NCBI GenBank assembly: GCA_964586045.1
Contig: CAZPFY010000001.1
Span: forward strand, 154 to 64,153
Reading direction: 5' to 3'
DNA from: an uncultured Pseudomonadales bacterium
Lineage (GTDB): Bacteria; Patescibacteriota; Microgenomatia; UBA1400; MFAQ01
DNA: 64,000 bases
The notes beneath the pieces are model-generated. The model was not told where the DNA came from, did not search any database, and saw only the letters and a list, made by a program, of their open reading frames with translations. Shown here one piece after another: positions 19,664-31,000 of this stretch. Numbering within the stretch: the stretch's first letter is position 1; each line of letters starts with the position of its first letter. The translations under genes and the position numbers were made by a program.

Positions 19664-20332
19664 ATGGAAAACACAAAGAAGTATGTTTATGGATTTTTGG
19701 GAGTAGTGATTTTATTTTTTGTTTGGAGACATATTACAAATCCTTTGGTAGTTACTGTTTCGGGTAGTGGAAAAGTTGCGGTGCCGGCTACTGAGGCTTT
19801 GGTGGCGGCGACGGTGGTAGAAACGGCTGATTCGGTGGACTTGGTGGAGAAAAATTTGAAAACAAAAATCGGAGCTGTCCGCCTAGCGATGGTAAACGGG
19901 GGAGTGGATGAAAAAAGTTTGAGTCAATCCCAGGTTACGATAACGCCTTTGGCGGCGGTTGTTAGCGGAGCAAAAGGATACTCGGCCACAGTACAGGTTT
20001 CGGGACAATCGAAAGATGTAGCCAACCTTAATATTTTAATTGTTAAGGTTTACCAAGCTGGAGCCTCTATTGTTTCTCAACCTGTGGTGCAAGTAAGCAA
20101 TCAACAAGAACTCGAAAATTCTGCTTTAAAAATGGCTCTGGTGGAAGCAGATAAAAATGCCAAGTACTTGGCCAAGTTAAAATGGAAAATGTTTAAAAAG
20201 GTTGTTTCGGTGCAACAGGCTTCTTCGGGGAACACCTCGACTTCGACAAAGATTTCGTCGGATAACAATGGAGTTGTTGGTTCTAGCTTTGAAGTGGCTA
20301 AGGCGGTGTCGGTGGTCTATTATCTTTGGTAA
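19664..20332 (+). CDS. SIMPL (DUF541) domain protein
   Basis: TM followed by VTVSGSGKVAVP and ALKMALVEADKNA; start moved to the ATG after TTGACT-17-TATGAT. Confidence 0.75.
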   Translation: MENTKKYVYGFLGVVILFFVWRHITNPLVVTVSGSGKVAVPATEALVAATVVETADSVDLVEKNLKTKIGAVRLAMVNGGVDEKSLSQSQVTITPLAAVVSGAKGYSATVQVSGQSKDVANLNILIVKVYQAGASIVSQPVVQVSNQQELENSALKMALVEADKNAKYLAKLKWKMFKKVVSVQQASSGNTSTSTKISSDNNGVVGSSFEVAKAVSVVYYLW

Positions 20333-20368
20333 AACCCGGGGATCTGCCTTTGATGTTAAAATACTCCC

Positions 20369-21397
20369 ATGATAGATTTTGTAAAAGTATCGATAAGATC
20401 GGGAAAAGGGGGTAATGGCTCGGTGAGTTTTCGTCGGGAAAGATTTATTCCTAAAGGTGGACCAGACGGTGGAGATGGGAGTAAGGGCGGAGATGTTTAT
20501 GTAGAGACAGATGCCAATTTAAATACCCTAGATGTCTTTAATCACAACCAAAAACTGTGGGCGGATAATGGTCAGAACGGAAGAGGAAAAAAGATGTTTG
20601 GATTGAAGGGAAAGGACCTTGTTATCAAGGTTCCTGTTGGTACGGTTTTGAGAATGAAACCACAGATATCAGTTGACAGATCTCAGATCATAGATGGGGA
20701 AACCCTTGCATTGGAAGAGAAAATTTTGGATTTTGATAAGCTGGGGATGAAGGTTTTGGTAGCAAAAGGTGGTAAGGGGGGGAGAGGTAATGTTCACTTT
20801 AAAAGTGCTAGAAATACGACCCCGGTAACGGCTGAGGATGGTGGGCCAAGTGAGAGCTTTGAGGTAGAGATGGAACTAAAGCTGTTGGCAGATGTGGGTT
20901 TGGTGGGCTTGCCTAACGTGGGGAAGTCGACCTTGCTTTCGGCTTTGTCTAACGCTAGACCAAAAGTGGCAGATTATGAATTTACGACTTTGGAGCCAAA
21001 TTTGGGGGTGATGAAAGTTGGAGAAAAATCTTTGGTGATAGCTGACATTCCAGGAATAATTGAAGGGGCAAGTGAAGGAAAGGGTTTGGGGATTCAATTT
21101 TTGAAACACATAGAAAGAACAAAATTGCTTGTTCATTTGGTTTCTGTTTTTGAAAAAAGCCCCGAAGAGGCCTATGGAGATTATGTGGCAATAAGAAGGG
21201 AATTGGAAAGTTTTGGAGAAATATTGATAGACAAGCAAGAAATAGTGGTTTTGAGTAAAATTGATTTGGTCGAGGAAATAAAACTAAAAGAAATGATTGG
21301 TTACTTTAAGAAAAAGAAGGTGTCTGTTTCTGCTTTATCGGTGGCGAATGGAAAAGGTGTTGCAGAGCTAAAAACTAGAATGCTCGACATTCGTTGA
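20369..21397 (+). CDS. obgE: Obg-family GTPase ObgE/CgtA
   Basis: GKGGNGSVSFRRE, GLPNVGKST, YEFTTLEPNLG and DIPGIIEGASEG motifs. Confidence 0.96.
   Translation: MIDFVKVSIRSGKGGNGSVSFRRERFIPKGGPDGGDGSKGGDVYVETDANLNTLDVFNHNQKLWADNGQNGRGKKMFGLKGKDLVIKVPVGTVLRMKPQISVDRSQIIDGETLALEEKILDFDKLGMKVLVAKGGKGGRGNVHFKSARNTTPVTAEDGGPSESFEVEMELKLLADVGLVGLPNVGKSTLLSALSNARPKVADYEFTTLEPNLGVMKVGEKSLVIADIPGIIEGASEGKGLGIQFLKHIERTKLLVHLVSVFEKSPEEAYGDYVAIRRELESFGEILIDKQEIVVLSKIDLVEEIKLKEMIGYFKKKKVSVSALSVANGKGVAELKTRMLDIR
20663..20697 (+). repeat. Degenerate 7-nt tandem repeat (CAGATAT-like x5) in frame in obgE
   Basis: CAGATAT CAGTTGA CAGATCT CAGATCA TAGATGG; related array at 39333-39360. Confidence 0.65.
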
Positions 21398-22016
21398 GAT
21401 AAACACCTCTTCGGTTTTTGAGGGTGCAGTCCGGGCAGGTGCTAGGAGGACAAAAACTTGGTCCACAGGTAGGAATGCTGTCCTGGGCAACAATAACACA
21501 AGCTCCGTTTTTGCAACCATAAGATACTTCGCAAAGCTGTTTACCACTACAACCTTTAACTAGGTCGATATAACTCATGTCGGTAGAAGAGACTGCAATG
21601 GTGTTTGGGCAGTAGTAGATATTGTTAGATTTTGGGTCGTTGGTCATTGATAGCGTTGTATATATGGCGTATTTTTGGGGACAACTGGAATCGATGGGGG
21701 TTGTGTAAACAGTATACGGTTCCTTTGTAGCAGGGTCGCATAAAACTTTGTCGAGATAAGGTTGTAGAGCGTTTGATCCGCATTGAGTAAGTACGCTTTT
21801 TTCGGGGTAGCAGCTATGATCGTTGTAGTAATTTTCAAGGGCGGTTTTTAGTTTTGCCAAATTGTCTCTTCGAACTGTATCGTGGCCGCGTAAAAATTGA
21901 GCATGAGGATTGAGACCTATTAATGAGGCAAGTCCCAAAATAACAATTAAGGTAACCACAACCAAAATTTCACCAAGAGTGAAGCCGTTGGGTGTTTTTG
22001 GTTTTGAGTTTTTCAT
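21375..22016 (-). CDS. Type IV pilin / GspG-like prepilin with Cys-rich C-terminus
   Basis: G|FTLGEILVVV class III signal; RRDNLAKLKTALENYYND..YP. Confidence 0.85.
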   Translation of the reverse strand: MKNSKPKTPNGFTLGEILVVVTLIVILGLASLIGLNPHAQFLRGHDTVRRDNLAKLKTALENYYNDHSCYPEKSVLTQCGSNALQPYLDKVLCDPATKEPYTVYTTPIDSSCPQKYAIYTTLSMTNDPKSNNIYYCPNTIAVSSTDMSYIDLVKGCSGKQLCEVSYGCKNGACVIVAQDSIPTCGPSFCPPSTCPDCTLKNRRGVYLNECRAF

Positions 22017-22045
22017 TTTATATTTTTATTGTATACATATTTAGT

Positions 22046-25000
22046 TTATTTGGTTTGGACCAGCCAGAAATTGAATGAGATTTCGTCTTCTATTGGTTGC
22101 GGAATGGCGATGGTGAAGCCAACATGGCTTTGTTTGGATTTTACGAATAAGACTTGATTGTTGGTGTCGGAAATTGGGGTGATGTAAACCAAAGTATCAT
22201 CGTTTATTTTGGAACTATTTATAAAAATTTCGGAAGAACCTGTTGCAATAGAGGCGGTGCCAATGGTGGAGTTGGAGGATGTTTGACCGGAGATAGTGGA
22301 GTCTAAATTATTTCCGGAAGCGATGACTAATCCGTAAGTGGTAAGCTTGTCAAAGTTAGCTGAACCAGAAGCGTCGACAGAGCCGACAACGTTACCATCC
22401 TGATTGAAAAGTGCTAGGATTTTTGCTGAATCGGTAGCGAGTTCACCTTTACCGACAGCGAGGGTGCCAGAGACAGTAGCGGTACGAGTGTCGAGGTTGT
22501 TGGCAAAAATATTTCCCGTAACGATTAAGTCTCCATCTACTACAATTTGACCATTGGGGTAGAGGGTCATGAGATTTGCAAGTAAGTGGACTGGTTTGTC
22601 CCCGCTTGGTTGGATAAAAAGATCGGTGCCGAAGGAGCTAATAGATTGGCTGAAGATGGAGCCGTTAGCCAGGATGTCGTTTGTGGTCAAAACTTCGATG
22701 TTTAAATTTTTAAATGCCATGTCGGTTGGCAAAGAAGCTGATTCGGTTGCCAGAGATGAAAGCTGAAGGGGATCGTTGGTTGGATTTGTTTCACTATCCA
22801 GGGCGCTAAAAAGACTGTCGTATTGGGAATATTTTTCTTGAATAGAGGCAAAAATTGATGAGGCGGTGGAATATTTTTCGTTTAAAACGTCAAGTTGAGC
22901 TTTTAGTTTGTCGATGGTTTCACTCTTTATATTGTTAGCGTACAAAGTTCCTGAGACGGTGGCGATATTAACCTTTAGCTGATCGATGTCGGCGATTGGA
23001 GTTATTAGTTTTTGTTGAACAGTAAGATTGTCGATTAACAAATTCATAACAATGTTGGAGCCGAGCTTGAGATTGTTAATAATTTCGCTAGCAATTGATG
23101 ATGAGCTAGTTGCATGGTTCTGATTTAATTTTAAAGATATTTGATTGGTAAGAATCGTAATCTCTTCGTTATTGAAGCTTGAAGAAAGAGAAGCGATTTT
23201 GGCATCTAAGCCTTCTATTTGGTTGGCGTAAATTTTGTCTGCGGTGATTGTGTTGGTGACAATACTGTTTGTATTTAATTCGTCAAAATTACCTTGCTTG
23301 GCAAAAACGGTAGAGGCCTTGATTTGTCCTTCTACTATGAGTAGGGGTTGGGTGTTGTCGGAAAGTAAGTTGGGAGAAATGGTTATAGAAGCAGTAGAGG
23401 CCATGGGAGTAAGGAAACTGGTTTCGATGGTGGGAGAAACTAGCTGATTGGTAGAGATTGAACCGGTGATGACTTTGGCAAAAGAGCCAACGGTGTTTAC
23501 AAATCTGCCTGCAGTTTCGTCGAATAGTTCGTTGGTGTTGGAAATTAGGCGATAAACCCGACTGCTAAAAGTGGTTGGGTTGGGGGCGATACCATTGTTA
23601 ATGTGAATGAGAACAACGCCTTTGCCAATGTTGGGAATCCAGTCTTCAAAGGCGGTACCAATTACTTTGTCGTTTGGCATAGCTTTGGTGGCAAAACCAG
23701 GAAGAGGTGAAGAAGTGAGGCTGTCGCCAGCTTTGATATCTTGTGAGGAAGGATCAATTTTTACAGGTATTCTTCCTGCCAAACCAAGAAGTCGGCGGTT
23801 TTCGGCGGTGATTCCTAGCTCTTGTCCTGCTTTAGTGGAAATTGCACCGACTAAATATTGATCATTCGGAGAGCTTGTTTTGCGAAGAATTGGCACTCCA
23901 AACGGATCAGTTTTTCCCGTAATAGCGACTAAATCGCCGGCTTCAATACTTGGATCTTCGACGGTGTACCACTCAGCGAGATCAGCTCCGTAGACAACGG
24001 CGTCTAATCTGATTTGAATTGTTTCTCCGGTTTTGTTGTAAAGGCGGACGGTGTTCATGTCGGTCTGAACAATTTTGAAACCATTGCTCCAATCGAGCTG
24101 AACACTGCGGAGAGTGGGATGGTAGGCCGGATTGGTAGTAGTGAGGATGGCACGATATTGGAAGTATTCGTTGGGGGTAGAGCTTACTGTGGAGCCATCG
24201 GCATTTGTTAAGTATCTGTCGGCGGTAATATTGTCGACGTATAAAGTAGTGTTTGTTGAAGGAAGGGAGATGCGAAGTTTGGTAACCGCGTTGCGATTGG
24301 TCGTATTGATGTCGGTGAGATCCCAGTAGATTTTTTGCCAAGTGTTGGCGGCTTGGATGTAGAAAGTTTTTTCTTGTTCGGTGCCGGTGGATTCGCCAAA
24401 ACCAAATTTGACAAGATTGCCGGAGCTAGTGGCGTAGACCCAAGCAGTGAGGTAGTCGTAGTTGGTAAGGTCTTTGGCGGTAACTGTAGTTTCGGAATAA
24501 CCATTGGGGCTGCCGACTGAAGAAAACTTGGTCATGTTGCCAACGGTTGCCTCATCTTCATCTTCGAAATAGTCTACGTTGCGAGCTACGCCACCATCTG
24601 CTCTGGTTAAGTCAACCATACCCCAGAGAGTGTCGGTGTTCATATCTATGACGTCGAGTTTGTTGGTATTTGCCACGACTGGTTTCCAAGCTTCCCAGGT
24701 GCCATCTATAGAATTGGCAGATTTTCCAGAGCGAGTTTGGAGCTCTATCATGCCGTAAGTGTCGAGGTCGGCAAGCCACTTGATTTTGTTGTAGCCCGTC
24801 GAGTTTGGAGTTGGCATTTCTTCGGAGATGTACATGGAGTAGTTGTAGGATGGGGTTTGGGCGACGGCTGCGGCCGGGCTGGTCGTTCCCGTTAGGGTAG
24901 AGGCGTAGTAAATGGCTACCCTGCCATCTCCACCACTACCCCCTTCGAAATTGGAAAGACCCGCTATTTGTGCACCGCCATTGCTACTGACAAGGCTGGA

Positions 25001-28000
25001 ACCTAAACTTAGTGTATTTCCGAGAATTTTGATAGAGCCACCCGCACCTGCACCGCCTCCACCCTGGGTACTAGCAGCAGTGCCAGTAAGGCTATCGTCA
25101 CCTTTACTGAGAATTGAGCCCGAAACAGAAATAGTATCGCTATTGATAATGACTATGCCACCACCGCCTCCGCCCGCTAGTCCTGAGTAGTATGTACCGG
25201 TAGTGGCTTGACCAGCTCCACCACCGCCTCCGCCCGAACCCAGGTAGAGCTTGCCTAAGCTGGATTCCCCGTAATTACCAGCTCCACCACCACCACCACC
25301 ACCACCGAAACCACTACCCACACTTCCACCACTCGTACCGCTGCCACTTTGGTTGGTATCACCATTGCTAGCGATAGTTGGACCGGTTCCGCCACTTCCC
25401 CCAGCAGCGTAGCCACCCCCACCCCCACCTCCACCATAACCATTGTAGGAAGAGCCGTTGCTGCTCGCGCTTCCTGCACCACCACCACCTCCCGCCCCAG
25501 TAGTTGATGTTCCTACTCCACCAGTGCCGATACCATCCGTCAAATGTCTCCCTCCACCACCACCACCACTATAAACACCGTTTTGGCCTAGATTGTTGGG
25601 TGTTAATGGTGTGCCACCATCTCCGTCGACTCCAGATGTATAGAAAAGACTATGACCAGGGATGGATCTGGTGGTTGTACTTATTGCGCCGGTGCCACCG
25701 GGATATCCTTTGCCTGTAGCATTGATAGAGCCGGCGACAGAGACGGCGCTAATAGCCCGAAAAAAGAGGACACCACCTAAACCAGTTGTGTAGTCATAAG
25801 CGCTTGGGGAGAGGGTGGCACTAGAATCTACAGTGACGCTTGTGTAGTTGGGGACTCTTTGGAGCATAACTTTTTGATTGTTGACGCCGATGCCGAGATT
25901 GGTGTCGTCGCCTGCGCCGTCTCCATAGTACTTACCCTTACTAGTGGTAAAAGTGATTACGTTGCCGGCAAGACTACTAATTCTGAGGGTTTCGTAGTTG
26001 CCAACATTGACGATCGACCCTTGGGTTCCTTGTAGATTTATAAGTAGTATTTCGTCGCCTGTTTTAAGACAACTGGGTGTAGAGGGAATGGTGGAAAGCG
26101 TTGCCGTGGTTGAGGTGAGAGTGTTAACTGAGTAGTTGATAGCATCAGCACAGGTGCGGCCAACAATTGAGTCTGTGCTCAAGACTTTGGTGCCACTAGT
26201 AACCGTACCCGCACCATCGGCACCATTGCCTGGGTCATAGTCGCCAGCTTGGGTAACACCGGTGGCATTACTGGTAATACCGCTATTTGATAAAGCAGAC
26301 AAAGCGGTTTCGGAAACAGTGAGGTGAGAAGAAGAATAATAGTCGGTGGAATTAGCAAGGCGAATACTGCTGGCGTCGATGGTATGGGAAGCACCGTCGG
26401 AGTAGGTGAGTGAGATATTTGAAATACTGGGGGTGGCTTGGCCATTGGAGCTTGTGAGGATGAAGCGGTATTGGAAATAATTTTTGGGAGTAGAGGTGGG
26501 GGCGGTGCCAGAGGCGACAATGAGCTCTTCGGACTGTAAGCTGTCGACATAGACAGTTTGGTTTGGAGACAAGAGAGTGATTCTTAGCTTTGTAATTGCG
26601 TTTTTTGAAGCACTGGCAACATCACTGATGTCCCAATAAACTTTTTGCCAAGTACCAGTAGCGTCGATTTGAATTATTTCTTCTTGTTCGGTAGCAGCGG
26701 ATTCGCCGATGCCAAGTTTGATTTGTCCGGAAGCAGTAGCGTACACCCAAGCGGAGATAAGGTCGAAATTGGTAAGATCTGTACTAGTAATAGTGTCTTC
26801 GGCGTAACCATTTTCAGCTCCGACGGATCCAAGTTTAATACTTTTGTTTGCAGCATTGGTGATATCTTCGTCTTCGAAGTAATTGACGTTGCGAGCTAAG
26901 GTGCCATCGGCAACGGCATTTAAATTTGTAGCTGTCCAGTCGGCCGTTGCATCCATCGCATTTAGATTTTTGATATTCGTAGTGGTGACAACTGGTTTCC
27001 AAGCTTCCCAGCTACCATCAGTAGAGTCGGGGGTGTTGCCTGTTCTGGTTTGGGCTTCGACTTGGCCATAAGTATTTAGGGTTTCGGTGTAAGCAAAACT
27101 ATTTAAGTTAACGGCGCCGGTGGTGTTGATCTCCTTAGAGACGTAGATGCCATAGTAGCCAGACTGGTGAAGATATGGCGAGGTGGGGAAGTCTGGTTCC
27201 GAAGAGTTTGCAGTTAAAGTGTTTTTGTAAGAGACAGCGATACGGCCGACGCCACCAGTACCACCATCAACAGCTGTAGTGTCGCCAGCACCGCCTGCTG
27301 CAGTAATTAAGTCGGTGGTACTGGTGGTTACTGTGTCTGCCACAATTTTTACGGATCCTCCGGCACCACCACCACCCGATCCTGGATAGGTTGCTGTGGC
27401 GGCGGCGCTACCAGCGCCTCCATTACTTTGGATTCCGCCTGTGCTGGTAACCGAAAGAGTGGCGGCTGAGATCATGAGAATTCCACCACCTTTACCACCA
27501 GCACCTCCGTTGCTTGCAACGTATGTAGTAGTTCCCGTATCTCCGGCACCACCACCAGAGCCACCAGAGCCAAAATATGCTTTGTCTAAGTAGGTGTCAC
27601 CGTAGGTTCCACCACCACCACCACCACCAGCGTAAGCAGGGCCAGTGGTGGTGGTCCAGGCAGAAGTACCACCGTTTCCACTGGTTACCCCGCTTCCATT
27701 GACACCATCGCTAGTTGGAGTGTTGCCAGATTTTCCTCCATTTCCAATTGTTCCGTAACCACCACCAGCACCACCACCACCATACCCATAACCCGAAGCT
27801 CCGGTTGCGGCTCCGGCACTACCACCACCACCACCAGCGCCACCAATGGAAGAGCCGGCAATATTGGCATTGTAAAGAGTTGCGGCATTTACACCTCCAC
27901 CACCACCGCCACCACAGATACCGACTGAACCAACTGGATTATTGTCGTAATCTGCACCGCCACCGCCACCATTTGCGTTGCAGTATGACTCACCTCCATC

Positions 28001-31000
28001 GCTAGGATTGTTGCTTATTCCGCCCGTGCCACCGTTGTAGCCGGCAGAGTTTGTGTTGACAGTAGTTCCGGTGGGAACAGTTACGGTGCCGCTAGCGCGG
28101 AAGAACATAACACCACCTTTGGGAGCGGTCCAGACTGAGGCGGTAAAGTCAGTTCCGGCATTGGAGAGAGTAACGTCGGTGTAATTGGGAACACGTTGGA
28201 GCATGACACGTTGATTGGTGGTGGCGGTACCAAGATTGGTGTCGTTGCCTGGATCATCGCCGTAGGTTTTATTTTTGGCTGTTGTAAAAGTAATGGTTGA
28301 GGTAGAGACAGAAGCAATTCTTAAAGTTTCGTAGTTGCCAACATTTAAATATTTTGTAGAAGTACCCTGAAGATTGATAAGAAGGACTTCATCGCCGGCG
28401 GATAAACAGCCGGTGGATGGGGTAGTGGAAAGGGTAGCAGTCGTGGGAGTGAGAGCGGTTACTGAATAATTGACAGCGTCTCCACCATCGGCGCAAGAGC
28501 GACCAGTAATCGAATTGGCGGTATTGATGTTGGTGTCAGTAGTGATAGCGATGGCACCATCAGAACCGGTACCATAAACATAAGTGCTACTGAGGGCAAT
28601 ATTGGTAGTTTTGAGTTTGTTGGTTGATGACGAAGTGGTATTTACCATAGCCAGATCCTGGTTGGTGGTTGTAGTCCAGTCAGAGATTTTTTTCCAAAGT
28701 GAAGTCACTGTATCGTAGAACCAACCGGTAAGAGAAAGGTCATTTGTGTTTTGATTGTGAGCAATTTCAACGTAACCACCACTTAAAGTTGCCGATTGAG
28801 TGGAGTAAGCGGTCATATCCATGGCAAGGCGGTGCCAGACAGAGTCTTGGCCATACATGAAGAGACTGCCGGTGTTGCCAATGGTGTGAACGTTGTTTAG
28901 ATTTCCAGAAATGGTGGCGCTGTTGTAGTAAATAGATCCAGCAACGCCGGTGGGGATAGCGGTTAAACTTTGGAGGGTAATAGTGCCGGAGTCATTGATG
29001 CGGAATTCGTCGCCACCAGTTGAATTCGTATTAAATGAGAGATACGTAGTTCCAGCGTCACTGATTGTTGATGAGCCAATTAAAGCTGTACCGGTAGTAC
29101 CATTACCAATTGTCAAGGCTGGGTTGGCGGTACCATCTATGGTTAGGGTACTAGAAATTTTAGCGTCTCCATTGACATAAAATTCCATATTGGATGGCAT
29201 CGAATTGGTTGAATCTCCAACTCTTAGATTACTAGTTACATTCCATTGGGTCCCTGCGGTTCCTGTAAGTTGGCGATTGGCAATACTAATTTGTTCGACA
29301 CCCAAGTGGTTGTTGATACCTTGGCTTAGAAATAGATTTTTCCAAGCTGTGCCACTAATGCCCAAAGTTGTTTCATCGTTTGCTCCTGGAACCAGATCGC
29401 CACTGTTTAGGATTTTAAGAAAAGTTAATAAGCCAGCATCACCACCCTGAGAAGTGGCAAAAGATAAATCAGCTCCGTTGAGAACGTTAATGGTTGGACT
29501 TGCTCCTCGGAAAGTAAGAGATCCTGAAGTGGAAGCATCTCCGGCTACATCAAGTTTTGAGGTTGGGGTGGTTGTACCTATTCCAATGTTGCCGGTGCCA
29601 TTGGGGTTGAGGAGAATGTTACCGGTGGTATTGTAGGTGCTGGAATTTCCGAGAGTTAAAGTTTGGCGGCGGGTTGTTCCCAAAGTTCCATTGCCGGTGA
29701 GGTAGGTTGTTCCGGCGATACTGGCAACTGGGGTGCCAAGATTGTTGTTTAGAAAAGAAAAGTTGGCACTGAGTGTTGACTGGCCACCGACGAGTAAATC
29801 AAGGGTAGAGTTTTTGGGGTAGATGGCCCCGTTGCTTGAAAGCCAATTTTCGGCAATGTTTTGGTTAGTTATTTCAGTGTCGAGATCTTTGAGGACGCCT
29901 TGAACAGTGAGAGAGTTGCTGTTTGAAAATTCATCGAAAACACCGATTAAGTAAGCACCACTGTCGTTGTTGGCAGTAGATTCGGCAAGGGTGGTGGTGC
30001 CACCAAAGATTAAATTGGCGGCGGAATTGATTTGAAGGCTGCTGGTATTGGATATGTATACGTTGCCTCCTGCGGACTGAAGGCTGAGGTTGCCAGCCAC
30101 ATCGCTAATGGAGTGGGCAACGCCATTGATCATGTTAATGGCGCCAAGATTACTAATATTAAATTTGGTGATACCAGAGGCTGAAGCACTGAAGAGTGAT
30201 CCTGTGCCGTTTTGATTTACAGTGAGTGCTGAAGTAACAGCAGAACCGGTTGCGGTATTGATGCTAGTACGGCCATCTGCTAAAACCCAAAACTTTGCAG
30301 ATTCAGTTGCCCCGGAAGAAAGTAGAATGAGTTTGCCGCTACCGGTGGCGATATCATTACCAATATATCCTGACAATAGAGAACCAGTTGTCAAATTTGC
30401 ATTTGTAGTTCTAAAAGTGTCTTCGGTAGTAGTGCCGCCAATTGCTAAAATTTGGCCGGACCCAATAGCGTCTGGTTGAATAACAATGTCTCCACCAGAA
30501 TTGGTGGCTGTTGTTAAAGAAATACTTTGGCCCTTGAGATTAAAATTTCCTGATGTTGAAACGATGGATGGTGAACTGGCGGCGATATTAAGATTGCCGG
30601 AGTTGTCAATTACGGGGACAGTGTTGATAGTTGCAGATGCTGACGCAGGATACCCCTGGAGGGTTTCGGAATTGAGGGCGTAGCCGACGGTGGCAATCTG
30701 TTGTCTGGGGGTAAGGGTTTCGGCGCCGACAGTAACTGCTAGGTAAACATCGCGATTATCACTAAAGACAGATTGGGGAATTTCACTGCCACAAACGCTG
30801 TCGCCTATGAGACTGTTAAAAACACCGTCGGAGTCCGGGGTAACAGAACAAGTACCGGTGGTATATAGTTGGCTGCCGGCGGTAAGATGATTCCAAAGTT
30901 TGAAATTGACATTGACGGCAGTGTTAATTGGAGTTCCAGATGAATCGGAGAGTCTGCCCTGGAAAGAAAGTTGTCTGCGGGGGGCGGTTAGAGAGGTGGC

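Noticed and set aside
24900-28050. (ACC)n / (CCA)n runs as microsatellites or DGR targets
   Set aside because: Explained by poly-Gly codons. No reverse transcriptase or adenine-specific TR/VR pair was seen.
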